Source: Raillietiella orientalis
Lineage: Eukaryota
Reading direction: 5' to 3'
Assembly (NCBI GenBank): GCA_036172245.1
Contig: JAYWIR010000052.1
Coordinates: forward strand, 868,001 to 932,000
DNA length: 64,000 nucleotides
Positions 11,936 through 23,600 of this stretch are shown in pieces. A program made the translations under genes and the position numbers. A model generated the notes under the pieces. That model did no database searches. It saw only the letters and a program-made list of their open reading frames with translations, and was not told where the DNA came from. Positions within the stretch are counted from its first letter, which is position 1; the number at the start of each line of letters is the position of its first letter.

Positions 11936-13855
11936 TTCCAGTTCCACTCGTACCACAAACCACTTCTCGTCTCTCAGGGACCCGTGAGGTGGAGCTGCGA
12001 TGTTTCTTGGGGCTTCTTGGAACTTCCAGATAGCCACACGCTCCGTCAGGAAGATTCCAAGGAACTCCCCAAGTTGCATCGAGATTGACCGATCGCGGGG
12101 GGGGTGCGCGGCCGGGGAAATCCGCTGGCACCCCTACGGGAGCCACTCCACGACTCGGGAGAGCCACTGCTGCTCGAGGTAGGAGTGCCCCTCCACGGCG
12201 GAGCCCCCGCCGCTCATTAGTGGCCGGCCGAGAGGGCAATCGCCCTTCCACCGGCGTCCCACACGAGCGCGAAATGAGAGCGTCCATTAGAAGGTACTTT
12301 GTACGCGGGCCACCTCGTGTACAAAGTATGCCATCCGGGAAAACCCGCGCCGTCCGCTCCCTTCCCTGTCGCCACGGATACGCTGAGGCGTTGGCGCCCC
12401 TTCCGCCGACATGTTCACCGCATGAGCGTTGGGGAGGACTCGTGGCTCCACCCGCAGCGAAGGGGTGGAACGCACGCGTGCCCACTGACACACCACGTTC
12501 CTTGCCCGGTGAGGGCGTCCCAGGCCAGCGGCTATCAGCCCGGGACAAGGCAAGGAGCAGGAAGGTGAGGTGCGGGAATTGAGAGGGGGGGGAGGGAGGA
12601 CATCGATCCCTCACGCGGGCAGGAGAAGCCCCCGGAGTCGCTGAGCTGCTGCTTCGGAGGTACTGCCGCCCGCGCCCGTCCGCCTCCGACTGCCGCGGCC
12701 GAGCCACGTGCTGCCGTTTTCTCGCCTCCTCTGCTCCCGACTTGCGCCGCCGAGGCAAGGAGCGTGACTTCTTGGCATCGGGAATCCTCGGGGCGGGTTT
12801 CAGTAAGGCACCGGCGGCGGTGGGCGTAGGATCGCGGCAGTAGCGGGGCGAGTCGACTCCAAAAAGGGAAAGCGCGAGTCTTCGGGGATGCCGTCGTGAG
12901 CTGGCGGCAACCGCCGCAGTGTTTCCCGTTGTGGTGTGGTGCGTGTGGCTGCTTCCGCTACCATCGCTGCTGCTGCTGAGCGTTGACAAGGGGCGGACCC
13001 CCGTCGACGGAACAGCCCTGCTGCTGCTACAGTGTCTCCTCCTCTTCGTCCTTCCCACCTCCGGCTAGAAGGCCACTTGAACCGTCCACTCCGTCGCCGT
13101 TCCTCTCCGGTTGGTGTCAGTCGGAACGCACCGCTTCCCCGCCCGCACGCCCCCTTCCCCCTTTTCATGCCGCCCCACTCCTTCCTCCGATCCCACTGAT
13201 CCCGCGGGCGACGATGCGACTCCTCCTCGACCCGCGATCTGGGAAGTAAAAGAAGAGCCAGCAGGAACGGGTAGGAAGTCGAGGAGTCGAGAGGGACTCG
13301 CACTCGTACCGGCCGCGGGGTCGACCCCAAAAGAGGGGTCCTCCGGCGGCAGCGTTAACTCCTCTCTCCTACCAACGCCCGCCCCCCGCTTCTCTCAGGA
13401 AGAAAATTTCATGCTGGGCGCCGCCACCCGAACCGGACGGAACGTCTGCGCTTCCTGGAGCGACGCTCCCCGTGCCGAGCCGCCGCCGCTCGTGGTGGCG
13501 CTACTGGTGCTGCTGTGATCCTCCCCGTCCCCCCTCAATCCGATGTGCTACCCACTGCCAACCGCCTCCCCCCCTTTGCCCCTCCCTTCCCCGCCGGAAC
13601 GAGACGCCCGCCCGCCATGCTGGACCCGCCGACTCCACTGCCGCCCGCTGCCGCCGACGCCGTCAACCCAGGCCGCCGACGCCCCCCGCAACGGAAGCTG
13701 CCCCACTACCTACCGCCGTCCCTCGCCCGCCCAGTCCCCTTCCTCTTCCCCTTCCTAGGGACCGCCTCGGGGAACACGCACACGCCGCGGAGCGGGACGC
13801 TCCGCGGCCGGGACCGAGAGCGTAAGGCACCAGGGCGAAGGGCACCCGCGGGACC

Positions 13856-14212
13856 ATGCTGGACATATTCCGCGGACTCAAGAACCTCATCCGCGCCAGC
13901 CACGTCCACATCGACTCCTGCGTCTTCCGCCTGCATTACTCGATCACGGTGCTGATGCTGCTGGCCTTCAGCCTCATCATCACCACCCGCCAGTACGTGG
14001 GTAACCCCATCGACTGCATCCACACGAAGGAGATCCCCGAAGACGTCATCAACACCTTCTGCTGGATCCACTCCACCTACACGATCCCCGAAGCCCACAT
14101 GAAGAAGGTGGGCAAAGACGTCCCCCACCCCGGCATAGACAAGAGCAACGAGGAGGAGGGGAAGAAGTACGTCAAGTACTACCAGTGGGTGTGTTTCTGC
14201 CTCTTCTTCCAG
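13856..14212 (+). CDS. shakB: Innexin shaking-B, first coding exon (aa 1-119: N-terminus, TM1, extracellular loop 1, start of TM2)
   Basis: [53 protein letters not shown], with the innexin YYQWV signature and two loop-1 cysteines. ACCATG start with an in-frame TAA 33 nt upstream. Donor CAG|GTAGGA; 357 nt, phase 0. Confidence 0.97.
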
Positions 14213-16375
14213 GTAGGAAAGGAGAAGGGGGGGGGAACAGCCATCTTCTTTACACCCTTACTCTCCGCCTCTGCCACCTCCTCACCGCCACCACAACCAC
14301 CGCTTTGAGTGTCGTCATCCTCACACTCCCGCCTCCTCCTTTCTTCCTCCTCCTCCTTCTCTCCTCCTCCCTTCCTCTTTCATCTCGTGCATGTTCTATC
14401 GGAGGAAAGGTGATCCGTGGATTGCCGTTCTTTTGCAGGGGAGGGAGGAAGACGGTCTAAACGCAGGTCCAAAAGGGAGGGGAAACGCCGCTGTCAGTGA
14501 TGTTCCCTCACTCTACCCTTAAAAAGGGAAAAAGGAGCAAAAAGAACATAGCGAAAGATGGGTGGGTGGAGGGAAGAAAACCTAGGAAGGAAAGAGGATC
14601 CCGACTGCGAGGACCAGCGGGAAGCGATCCCAGAATCCGCTCCTTTCCTTCTCTTCTCTTTCCCCCTCCGCCTCCTTCAACCGTTGCTTCCGGGAGCTGA
14701 GGACAGGATCGGATTCGCTGCGCCCTTTTCGCCCACGCGGGAGGCAAGAGGGACGGCGGCGTCTCCCGAGCCCATCCAGAGGGCCTCGCGCCCGGGAGCT
14801 TGAAAAAGAAAAATGGACGCTTTGGAAGGAGACCCCCCCTCTCCTGGAGATCTGGGAAGCCTCGGAAACGCGAGCGAGCTGCGGGAGAACGCGCACTGTG
14901 GAACCATAGGGATCGGGATGGAGAGGGGGCGGGACGCCGGCACGGAGCTGGGGCAGTAAGGGGGACAGTTGGCGGTCACTTCCCTCCGGAGGCGGGGAAG
15001 ACGTCCCGACGCTTCGCCCGCCCGGCAGGGCGCTACCTCCGACTCTGCTGGTGCTCATCCTCGCTTCCGCAGCATACGGAGCTGATTTCGCCGCACGGGG
15101 GATCTCCCCGTCTCCGTAAGACCGCCTCACTCCGAGAACCCTGGAGCACGCGTGGCACTCGGCGGTTCCCGACTCCGCCACTCTCGAGTGGGAGTGGATG
15201 CAAGGCCCTTCTCCCAAAGCCCGCGAAAGAAGGAGAGAAGGCGATAAGAGTCCCGGTCCAAGGGGTTCCTGTCCTGACGATGCTCGGGGGCTTCCCGCCT
15301 ACTGAGCCCTCTCGAGGGTGGCCCCTGCCCGGCGGCAGAGTGCCGGAAGGAGAGGCAGGTACTTCCTTAAAGGCGAGGAGCAGCTTCCTGTAGACGGTCC
15401 CCGAAGAGGCACCGTCGCTTGTTGCTGCGGCGGGTGGTGGGTCCTTCACAAGGAAGGGGAATAGGCCCCCAAGTGAGCCCCCGCTGGCGACGCGGCACCT
15501 CCCTTCGCTCCTGGGAAAAACAGAGAGGATCCTGGAGGGCGCAGGGAAAGGCGACGTCGCCAAGCCCTCCCTTCTGGAGGGCCTCACGGAACAAGCCCCC
15601 CTCCGGACCCCCACGCGCCCGGTGATTGAACGGGCGGGAAGGGAGCGCGGGCCTTTCCCACTAGGCGGGCACTGCGCCCGCGACTCCCCGTCGACTCCTC
15701 CGCTCGCTCCCCTTCTTCCTGGAAGCCGCCCAAAAAAAATAAAAGGGGCTCTTCCCTTCTCTCCCTTCCCTCTCCCTTCACTCTCCCCTCCCCCACCTCC
15801 TCCCGCTCCACTTTTGCCGCGTAGGGAGAGCGCGTGCGCGCCTTCGGCCGTGGGGGCAGGGCGAAAGCGCTTGGCGCGGCGGCGGCGACGGGTCGGCCGG
15901 GACGCCCCTCCGGAGAGGAACACTCGAACGAGCGCCATCTCTAATCGAATCCGGGACACTCGAGGGCCGAAGGGGCGGCGCCGCTCCCGCTCTGTGGCTT
16001 GTGAGTTGATGAAAGAACAACAGAAGCGCCTGCCGGGCGCTCTCCGTTGGCGGCGGGAAGGGAGGGAGGAGGGCGAAGAGGACCGATGTAACCGAATTAA
16101 CAACTCGTCTCCTCTCCCACGCACTCACGCACGCCGCGTGCCCTCCCCCCCTTTCCCGCCCTTTTCCATCGCGCGCGCGAGCGCGTTGCCGGGCGACAGC
16201 GGCAGGGGGAGGAAGATGGAACGGATTAATCCGGCGGGAGGAGGGGTGCAGCCAGATCTCTCCGGAGACCCGCCAGAAAGTAATCCCGGAGAGGAGGGAG
16301 ATCCCCTTGCCAGGAATTTGGGATTCGACCGCAGGGAGCGCCAGTCGCGCCGCGTGGACGGCAGGCCGCCGCCGC

Positions 16376-16389
16376 GTTGCCACGGAAAC
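16376..16389. promoter_or_regulatory. Candidate RFX X-box GTTGCCACGGAAAC
   Basis: Close match to the RFX palindrome GTTGCCATGGCAAC. The same 14-mer occurs reverse-complemented at 27141-27154. Confidence 0.45.
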
Positions 16390-17339
16390 GGGCGGGCGCG
16401 AAGCCGGGGGAGGAGGTGCGGCTTTTCCCACGCACGGCATTCAGGGAAGGAGGATGGGGAGGGAAAAGTGGGGGAGGGCTGTCGGATTCTCTTGTTGGAG
16501 CGATAGGGGAGACGACGGAGGAGGCGAGGGGGGCCCCCCAACCTCACAGGTCCGGATCATGACGAGAAGGGCAACATCCCGGAGCCAAGGAGGGGAGGCG
16601 AAGCTGCAGACGGACCTTCGGATCGCCCACGGGGCCCAGTGGCTTCCCTCTACCTCCTCCGCCCCTTCTCGGCCCTGACCCCTCATTCCTGCTCTTCGCC
16701 AAGGTCCCTCACGTGCAGCGATGGGGTCCGCCCCTGCCGATTTGGCGGTTTCCACGCAGGACGCTGCCCTCAGGCGGTCGCTTCCCGGCCGCGACCCGAC
16801 CTTCTGGGAACCCAAGCGTCTGCCTGCCCTACGGTGGTCCCTCCTCTCCCCTGCCGACACGCCAGAGTCACCCCCTGCAGACCGGCGCTCCTACCTCGGC
16901 GAAGGGAACGAGACGAGACCCTTGGGTATCCCCATCGACCGCCACCTTCTCCTCCTGCCTTCTTCCATGCCCCTCGACCCTTCCCATTTGTCACGGGGCA
17001 GCTAATTATCGCTTGCCGACGTCCAGGTACCCAAACGGGCGTTCTGGGAAAAGAATCCGGGATGTTCCGTGGCGATTGTCAGAGAGCAGCTCGGAGGCAG
17101 GAAGAGGCGCCTGGGGCCCGCGCGCGAACCCTCCCGGGAGTTGATAGCGGAGAGGGGTCGTGCCTTTCGCGCGCTGCTCCCTCCATCCCCAGGTCACCTC
17201 CAAGTCGTAGCCCGGAGGCAGCTCCGAGGAGCTCCCCTGCCGAAAGGGGAGAGGGGAAGACGGATTTGCCGCATCCCGGAAATGGACCGGCCACACTCCT
17301 GGTCTTCTCCTCCAGGTCTCCTCTTCCTTCCATCCGGCC

Positions 17340-18030
17340 TCAGGCGAGTCCCCAGGGGTTCTCTAGGGGTGGCACAAGGCCCCTGCGAGCTCGTTCCGAT
17401 TTGGCTGGAAGAAGGAGCCCTTCCCTCGCTCCGTTTCTCACCTCCCTTCTTCTTTCCCTTTTTGTGGGCGCACCCGTGCCCGCACCTTAGTCCCAATGCT
17501 TCTTCGACCTGTGAGCGCCGCGGAACAAAAGAGGGGGAAGTGAACACTGCGGGCCCAGGTGACTCGCGGTGCTCTCTTTCCGGCGGCGCGCCCACTACCG
17601 CTCCATCGTTTGCTTCAGTTCGTCTCCTTCCTCGGCTCCAAGCCCAGCGCAGTCAGTGGGGAGCATCGAGCCGATTTTCCTCTCCCTCTTCCCGCGCAGC
17701 CCCGTCTTTGGGGCGAAGATTCTCGCCTCCTCTCCCATTTCTGGTGGCGGCGAAGACAGGGGACAAAGAGCATCCCCTTCGTCCCTGTTTGGCGCCAAGC
17801 ACTTCTGCCCCCATCACCGATTGAAACGTTCAAGGAAAAAATGCTTATCTACTCTACCTACTTTTCGACTAGGGAAAGATGGGGACTTGAAAAACTTGAA
17901 AAAACTCCTCCCCACGGATCTGCCGCCCGCACCCACGCCGCGATTCAGGAGGGCGTCACTGAATCCCTCCTCCCTTTCGGGGTACTTTATCACCCGCTGC
18001 TTGGATACGAACCCTGGACCAGGAATGAAC
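17340..18030 (+). mobile_element. Decayed L1/Tx1-like LINE 3' end
   Basis: WLEEGALP..STCERRGTKE zf-RVT-like remnant followed by a pyrimidine tail. 17905-17975 resembles 21465-21515 (ccccacggatc..cactgaatccc). Confidence 0.45.
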
Positions 18031-20492
18031 CTCCAGTCGCTCCTCTTCCTCTTCCTTTCCTTCCTCCTTCCTCCTCCTCCCCCTTCTCTCCTTCTTCCTC
18101 TTTCTCGCTTCCTACTCCTCTTTTCTTCCTCTTCCCTTCCTCCTCTCCTCCCTCGCTTCTTTCCTCCTCTTCCTCCTTACGTCCTTCTCCTCCCTGTTGG
18201 AAAATGAAGCCATCTTTGCTCTCCCTTGGGCGAGCGCGAAACTCGTGTGCACGATCGCCCCGCCCTTCCCCCTCCTGGAAGGAGTCGATCCGGACGAACC
18301 TCCCGAAGCTCCGCGTTCGCGCGCGCGCCCCTTGCGCGGGAGGGAATCCCGAGACGAGCCGGAGCGGACCCTCCAGAAAGTGAAAGTGTTTGGCACGGGT
18401 GCAGCTCGCGAGGAGGAAGGACGCCAGCTTTGCGAGCGCGCCTCTCTCCTCCACCTCCTCCTCCTTTGGCTGGACCTCTCCGGCCCGGCTTCCCTCGAGC
18501 GTGCAAACGCTTCCCCTCCTTCATCCCGGATCCCACGCTGCGTTGCCAAGCACCTGGAACTTGACGTTCCCTGCCATTGCCATTGGAAGAGACGACAGGA
18601 GAAACAAAGGGGGGATTTCCTAACGCCCGGTCCCATCGATAAGAAGCGGTGGAGGGGACTTCCGTATTCTCGGGAGTGCTCGAAGCGAACAATTCAAAAA
18701 TAAAAAGGGGGAAGACGAGGGGGAGGAGGGAGGGGATGACCGCTTGTTCCGGCTGCATGCTGGTAGGTCTGCGGTCCAGAGGAAGATTCGAGTTGCACCA
18801 CCTCCGGCAGCCTGCTCCCTTCCGGGTCCGGAGGGTCCTACGGTCTCCCCCGACAAGGAACCTGTGGAGAGCGTATGCACTCCTCCCGCACGCCACCACA
18901 CCCCCGCGAGAGGGCGCCACCCGCTGCGGGACGGCTCCTCCGTCCTTTCCCTTCGGCGCCCTCTCCGCAGAGATTCGTCATCCCGCGTTCCGGTCGCTGA
19001 GCACCTCTCGCCGAGGGATCGTCAGGGAAACCGCCTCCGCACCTCGCGTTCCCGCGATTCCATCTGCGGCGACGGCCCTCCCTCTTCGGGGGAAGCCGGA
19101 TGGCGTCGCCATCTGGAGCACCGCGCAGCCTTGACATTCACGCCCTTCCTCTTGCGCTGCAAGACGAAGAGTGCAGCCATCACCCAGGTCATCGGGGTCT
19201 ACCGGGAGAGAGAAGGGGGGAAGGGAGGGGTGATGCATGCCCTTGCTGTCTGTGCTTCACACGTCGTATGCGGGGGGAGGGTTTTCCCTCCTCCTAGCGC
19301 GTTCTCCCGGAGCTGCCCCCCCCCCCCCCCGCGTCCATGCCGGGATCATAGGTCTCTTTGCCTATGGAATGGTCGCGCAAACGCGTGCCGCCTGCCGATC
19401 CCCCGTGATTCGAAGGGAGAGGCCAAGGCATCTCTACATATCACCAAGGCTGCTCGGAGCAAAAAAGGTTAGGAGACTGGAGGTCCAGAGAGTCGGCGGA
19501 TGGAGGGCAAGGTGGCAAAGAGATGGTTTCACGCGCTCCCCAAGGACGGAAGCGCTGAAGATGGGCTGTCCAGGAAACGTACATTTGCTGGTTCCCGAGG
19601 GGGATGCGAGGACATTCCCCAAGCCGCAGCATCTGAAGAGGGGAGGATTGATCTCGCCGTCTGCAAGCCAAACGGAAAAGAACTCTGAGCGGGGGAAAGA
19701 AAAGTCAGACTGGGCCGACCTTGAGACGAAGATGCAAGGAGCCGATAGCTCGTCTGCGGAACGACCCCCTCTCCTCCCCCCAAGTTATTACGACGTGTCC
19801 ACAGGAGACGATGCCGGTCATTGGCAGAAAATGGAGAAGGCTCTTTGCCGCGTGGGGAAATGCGTGCCTGGAATGGAACTGCAGCGCCGTGGCGGCATTT
19901 TCCTTGCGGACCCGCAGCGGCGCGATATGCCGCCTCGACCTTCCGTTGCCATGGTCGCTCGCTTGTGCTGCCCGAGAACGCGTTGCTGCACGACAATCAT
20001 CAAGGAAGGGAAGTTAGGGGACAGTAGGCACGCCGCGCAGCTTTGTTCGCTTGAGCACAATTCCGTGAGGAGGCTCAGAGAGGTTTCCATGACCACCGCG
20101 ACACCCTTCCCCCGTTATTGCGAACCGCAGCCGCCGCGACGGAGCTTGCGAATCGAGCGGGTTCGAGATGCGGCCGGCAGTCCCTCCTCGCGACGCTTCA
20201 AGGGCAGGAATAAGGCGGTGGCAGCAGCGCCGAGGATCCGATGATTCCCAGCGAACCTCCTATACCGTCGCTGAGGGACTCGCTCCAGGAAAGCGTCTGG
20301 AGGCCGCGAGTGCCCCGAAACATTCCTCACCGAAGAGGCGGCCACGCGAAGCCCTCCCAGCGCTTTCGTTTCCGCGCTCTCTCTCGGGACTGGAGGAATA
20401 TCCCTGGCAGCAGAGCGCGCGGGCTTCCCGACTTTGAGACGAGAGAGCAGCGGGAGTGGAAATGAGGCCGGCGCCCCTTTGCTGCTAACCTC

Positions 20493-20638
20493 CCCATTGT
20501 TGGATCTCTCAGGGGAATCGGCAACAATGCCAAGGGACGCGGCGTCCTCTCCACCAAGTGCCCTTGACAGCCTCCCATTGTTGGATCTCTCAGGGGAATC
20601 GGCAACAATGCCAAGGGACGCGGCGTCCTCTCCACCAA
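20493..20638 (+). repeat. Perfect 65-bp direct duplication with 81-bp period
   Basis: 20493-20557 equals 20574-20638 (cccattgttggatctctcagggg..ctccaccaa), separated by a 16-bp spacer. Confidence 0.95.
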
Positions 20639-23600
20639 CAATCCCACCCTACGTTGAAAGCAGGAAGAGGCACCTCCCGTTTCCTTTCGTCTAAGTCACG
20701 AGTCTGGGAGCTCGAAGATTTGGCACGTGGCGAACGATGCCGTCGACTAGCGATGCCTTTGCGGTGCGAACGTCGTCCTCGCGTTTCTTGGAGAGTCTTC
20801 GCTAGATGAAACACCCGTGGGAGGAGGGGGGAACAGAGAGAGAGAGGAGACGTTTTCGAGGAGATGAGTCTCCGATTAGCATCCCTGATCCATGCCAGTC
20901 CTCGCTTCCCCCTGTCCTCATCGCGTGTCGCGAAAATTCGTCTTCGGCTTGTTACGGAAACGCCTCCATCCCGCTCTCCTTCCCTTTCCCTTTCCCGGAT
21001 CCCGGAACCGCACATGACTGCTCCTGTCGAAACCCCTCCGCACGTTACTAGGAAACGCATCGTTTTCCGCTCGGCGAAGCCATGCCGGGTCTCTCACGTC
21101 TCGGAGGCTGGCGAAGAGCGCCGTAGGGGATGAGGGAGCGCCAAGACGTGCGCCAGCCGTGAGCGCGGATCCGTGGGAACGCCCCCGACGGCCCCCTTCC
21201 CCATGCAGGATGCCTCTTGAGCATATCCTGCACCTCTTTCCACGTGGAGGGACAGAGGCGCTTCCCCAGGTCCCACGCATCCAGCGCCCGGGGTGATGTG
21301 CAGAGATGAATCGCTCGCCACCTGCAGGCTCTCGAGTAAGGAGATCACCTCCGCGAGGCTGTCGGCTGGACCTGCGATGCAAGGAGCCCGCGGGGGAAGG
21401 TAGAAAGGAGGAAGGTGGGAGGAGGCAAGAAGAGAACGCAGAGACGACGACGATTGGAGATAGCCGTCCCCCCACGGATCGCCCCCACGAGCGAGAGGGG
21501 CACTGAATCCCCTCCGCTGGCTCCTCCGGAGCGGTAGGCGATCGATTTCCCTGGTGCTCTCCCTTCGTTGCGCGTGGTCCAGGACCGCTTCAGAGCTCGT
21601 ATTCGCGTCTTCCTCTTCGCGTAGGGCTGGCTCGTCTTTCGATCTGGAGTTTTCCGCCTTGCACCCCCTGGAGGCTTTGCCCCCTAAGTCACCTCATCGT
21701 CATCGTTATTGTCGCCATTCTCCCCCCCTCCCCGCTCTCCTCCTCTGCCGTGAATTGGAGGCGATCTCATGTAGGAGGAGGTCCCGCTGCCTCCCAGTCC
21801 CATGAACCCACACTCGTGAGTCTCTCGCTTTTTGTTCTGCTCCTGGGTGTCCCCCACCCCACCCGTTTACTTATTTATCCATTTTCCTGCGCCCCAAGCA
21901 ACTAATGAAACGGGGAACGGACGCTCGGGAAGAAAGCCATGGAGATCCTTCTGTCCCTCCCGCGAATCGAGGACGCAGCGACCCACGGCAGCTCCCGCGC
22001 GGTCTCGGAGTTGAGGGAATCTCAGGATCGCTTCCCCTTTCCCCCTCCCCCGTTATCAGGATAAGCAGCCTTTTCTCCTGGTGCTTCGTTAACGTCCTTT
22101 CGAAGGCCTCGTCGTCGAAAGAAAGGAGAGCCGACCTCCTCCCCTATCGCGCCCCTCCGTCCGGATGGGGATCCGGGAAAGGGAGTAGGAGGAGGAGAGG
22201 ACTACGAGCAAGCAAAGGAGCAGAGATGAGAGGAAGTTGTGGGGAATAGGGGCAGCGGAGTGGGAGAATGGCGGAGTTCTTTTTCCATTCGGCAGCGGTG
22301 GTTCGCGCGCGTGTCGTTGGAGGGAGAGGCCCGCACGACCCGGGGATCAGCAGTAATAGAACCATCCCTTGAGCTCCCTTCTTCCTGTTGTCCCCTCCTA
22401 ACCCTGTGCTTCTCCTCCCTTTTCTATCTTCCTCCTCCTTCCTTCTTCCTCCTCTTCCTCTTTCTCCTCCCTTCCTCCTACCCTGGGTTAGAGACGGAAG
22501 CCCCTTGTAGGAGGAGGTCCCTGGTTTCCGACAGCTCACGAGGCAGGAAGCATGAGCCTGCCACGGAACACTGAAGGAGGGAAGGGCGTGAGAACGTTCG
22601 GAAGGGGGGGGGACGTGTTCCCTGGCAGTCGACCGTAGAGAAAACGGAAATTACGAGAAAGCCCTTATTCTTTTCCCTCCGTCCTGCTACGCCTCCTCCA
22701 CACGGTGCGATCTTCGTTCGCTTCGAGAGCAAAGGGGCGGGGTGGGGGTGGGTGGACGGACACCCATGTTTGAGGTCTCCGCGAGCTCTCGAGGACGCGC
22801 TGCTCTGTCCTCCCAGGATTGGCACAGGGACGAAAGCTCGCGGGTCCCTCCCGATGCCTATTTCAGGGTCGTGCACCCTTACGGTGCCACTCCCACCGTA
22901 GCTTACACGCACTCTCTTTCTCTCTCTCGAAAAAAAAAAAAAGAAGGCCCTGGGGACATTTTTTCCCGTTCGTTTGTTTCGGGCGTTTCCGAGGGCCTCC
23001 TTGTCGATCTCACATCCCCCCTCCTCCACGCTCTTGTCCTTGACCTCCCCAGAGGAACGAGTTAGAGGACGGCACCACTTCCCTACGGGAAAGGAAGGAG
23101 GTCGCCGGAAAGGGAAGGGAAAACAGAAGCAGGCCTGGAACCGAGGGAAACGAAGGAGGAGCAGGGAGGGGAGGAGAAGGCAGGAAGATTCCACTTTCCG
23201 TTTCCTTCTCCTCCGCCGCTCCCTCCTGCCGGGCCGGCGTCTCCCCAAACCCCTCCTCGATTACCGCTAAGTGACTCCGGAAAAAGCCCATCCGGGTTCC
23301 GCGCGCTGGGCTCTCCCTCCTGCCCGACTTCCCCAGGGGAAGACACGCGGGTGTTTACATTCCGGGTCCGCTTGTTTGCCCTGGATGCGTGAGCGACAGA
23401 TCTCCTCTATCCTCCCTCGCTCTTCCCGTCTCCACGAGGCGCGCGCGCCAGTATGTTTGAGCCGGAGCTTCCGCCGGCAAGTGGTGCGTTCCCTCCTCCT
23501 CCTCCTTCTTTTCCTCCTCTTCTCTTCCTTTTCCCTTTCTCCTCATTCCTGCTCCTTCACCTGACTTCCTTCTCCTTCCCCTCTCTTCTTTCCTTCCTCC

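Noticed and set aside
13117..13122. Initiator-like TCAGTC upstream of shakB
   Set aside because: A 6-mer with no TATA box or correctly spaced DPE, so a TSS cannot be supported from sequence alone.
14213..14308. C-terminal extension of ORF 13856..14308 (and the flanks of ORF 29088..29423)
   Set aside because: Read-through into introns. Innexin similarity stops exactly at the canonical splice sites.
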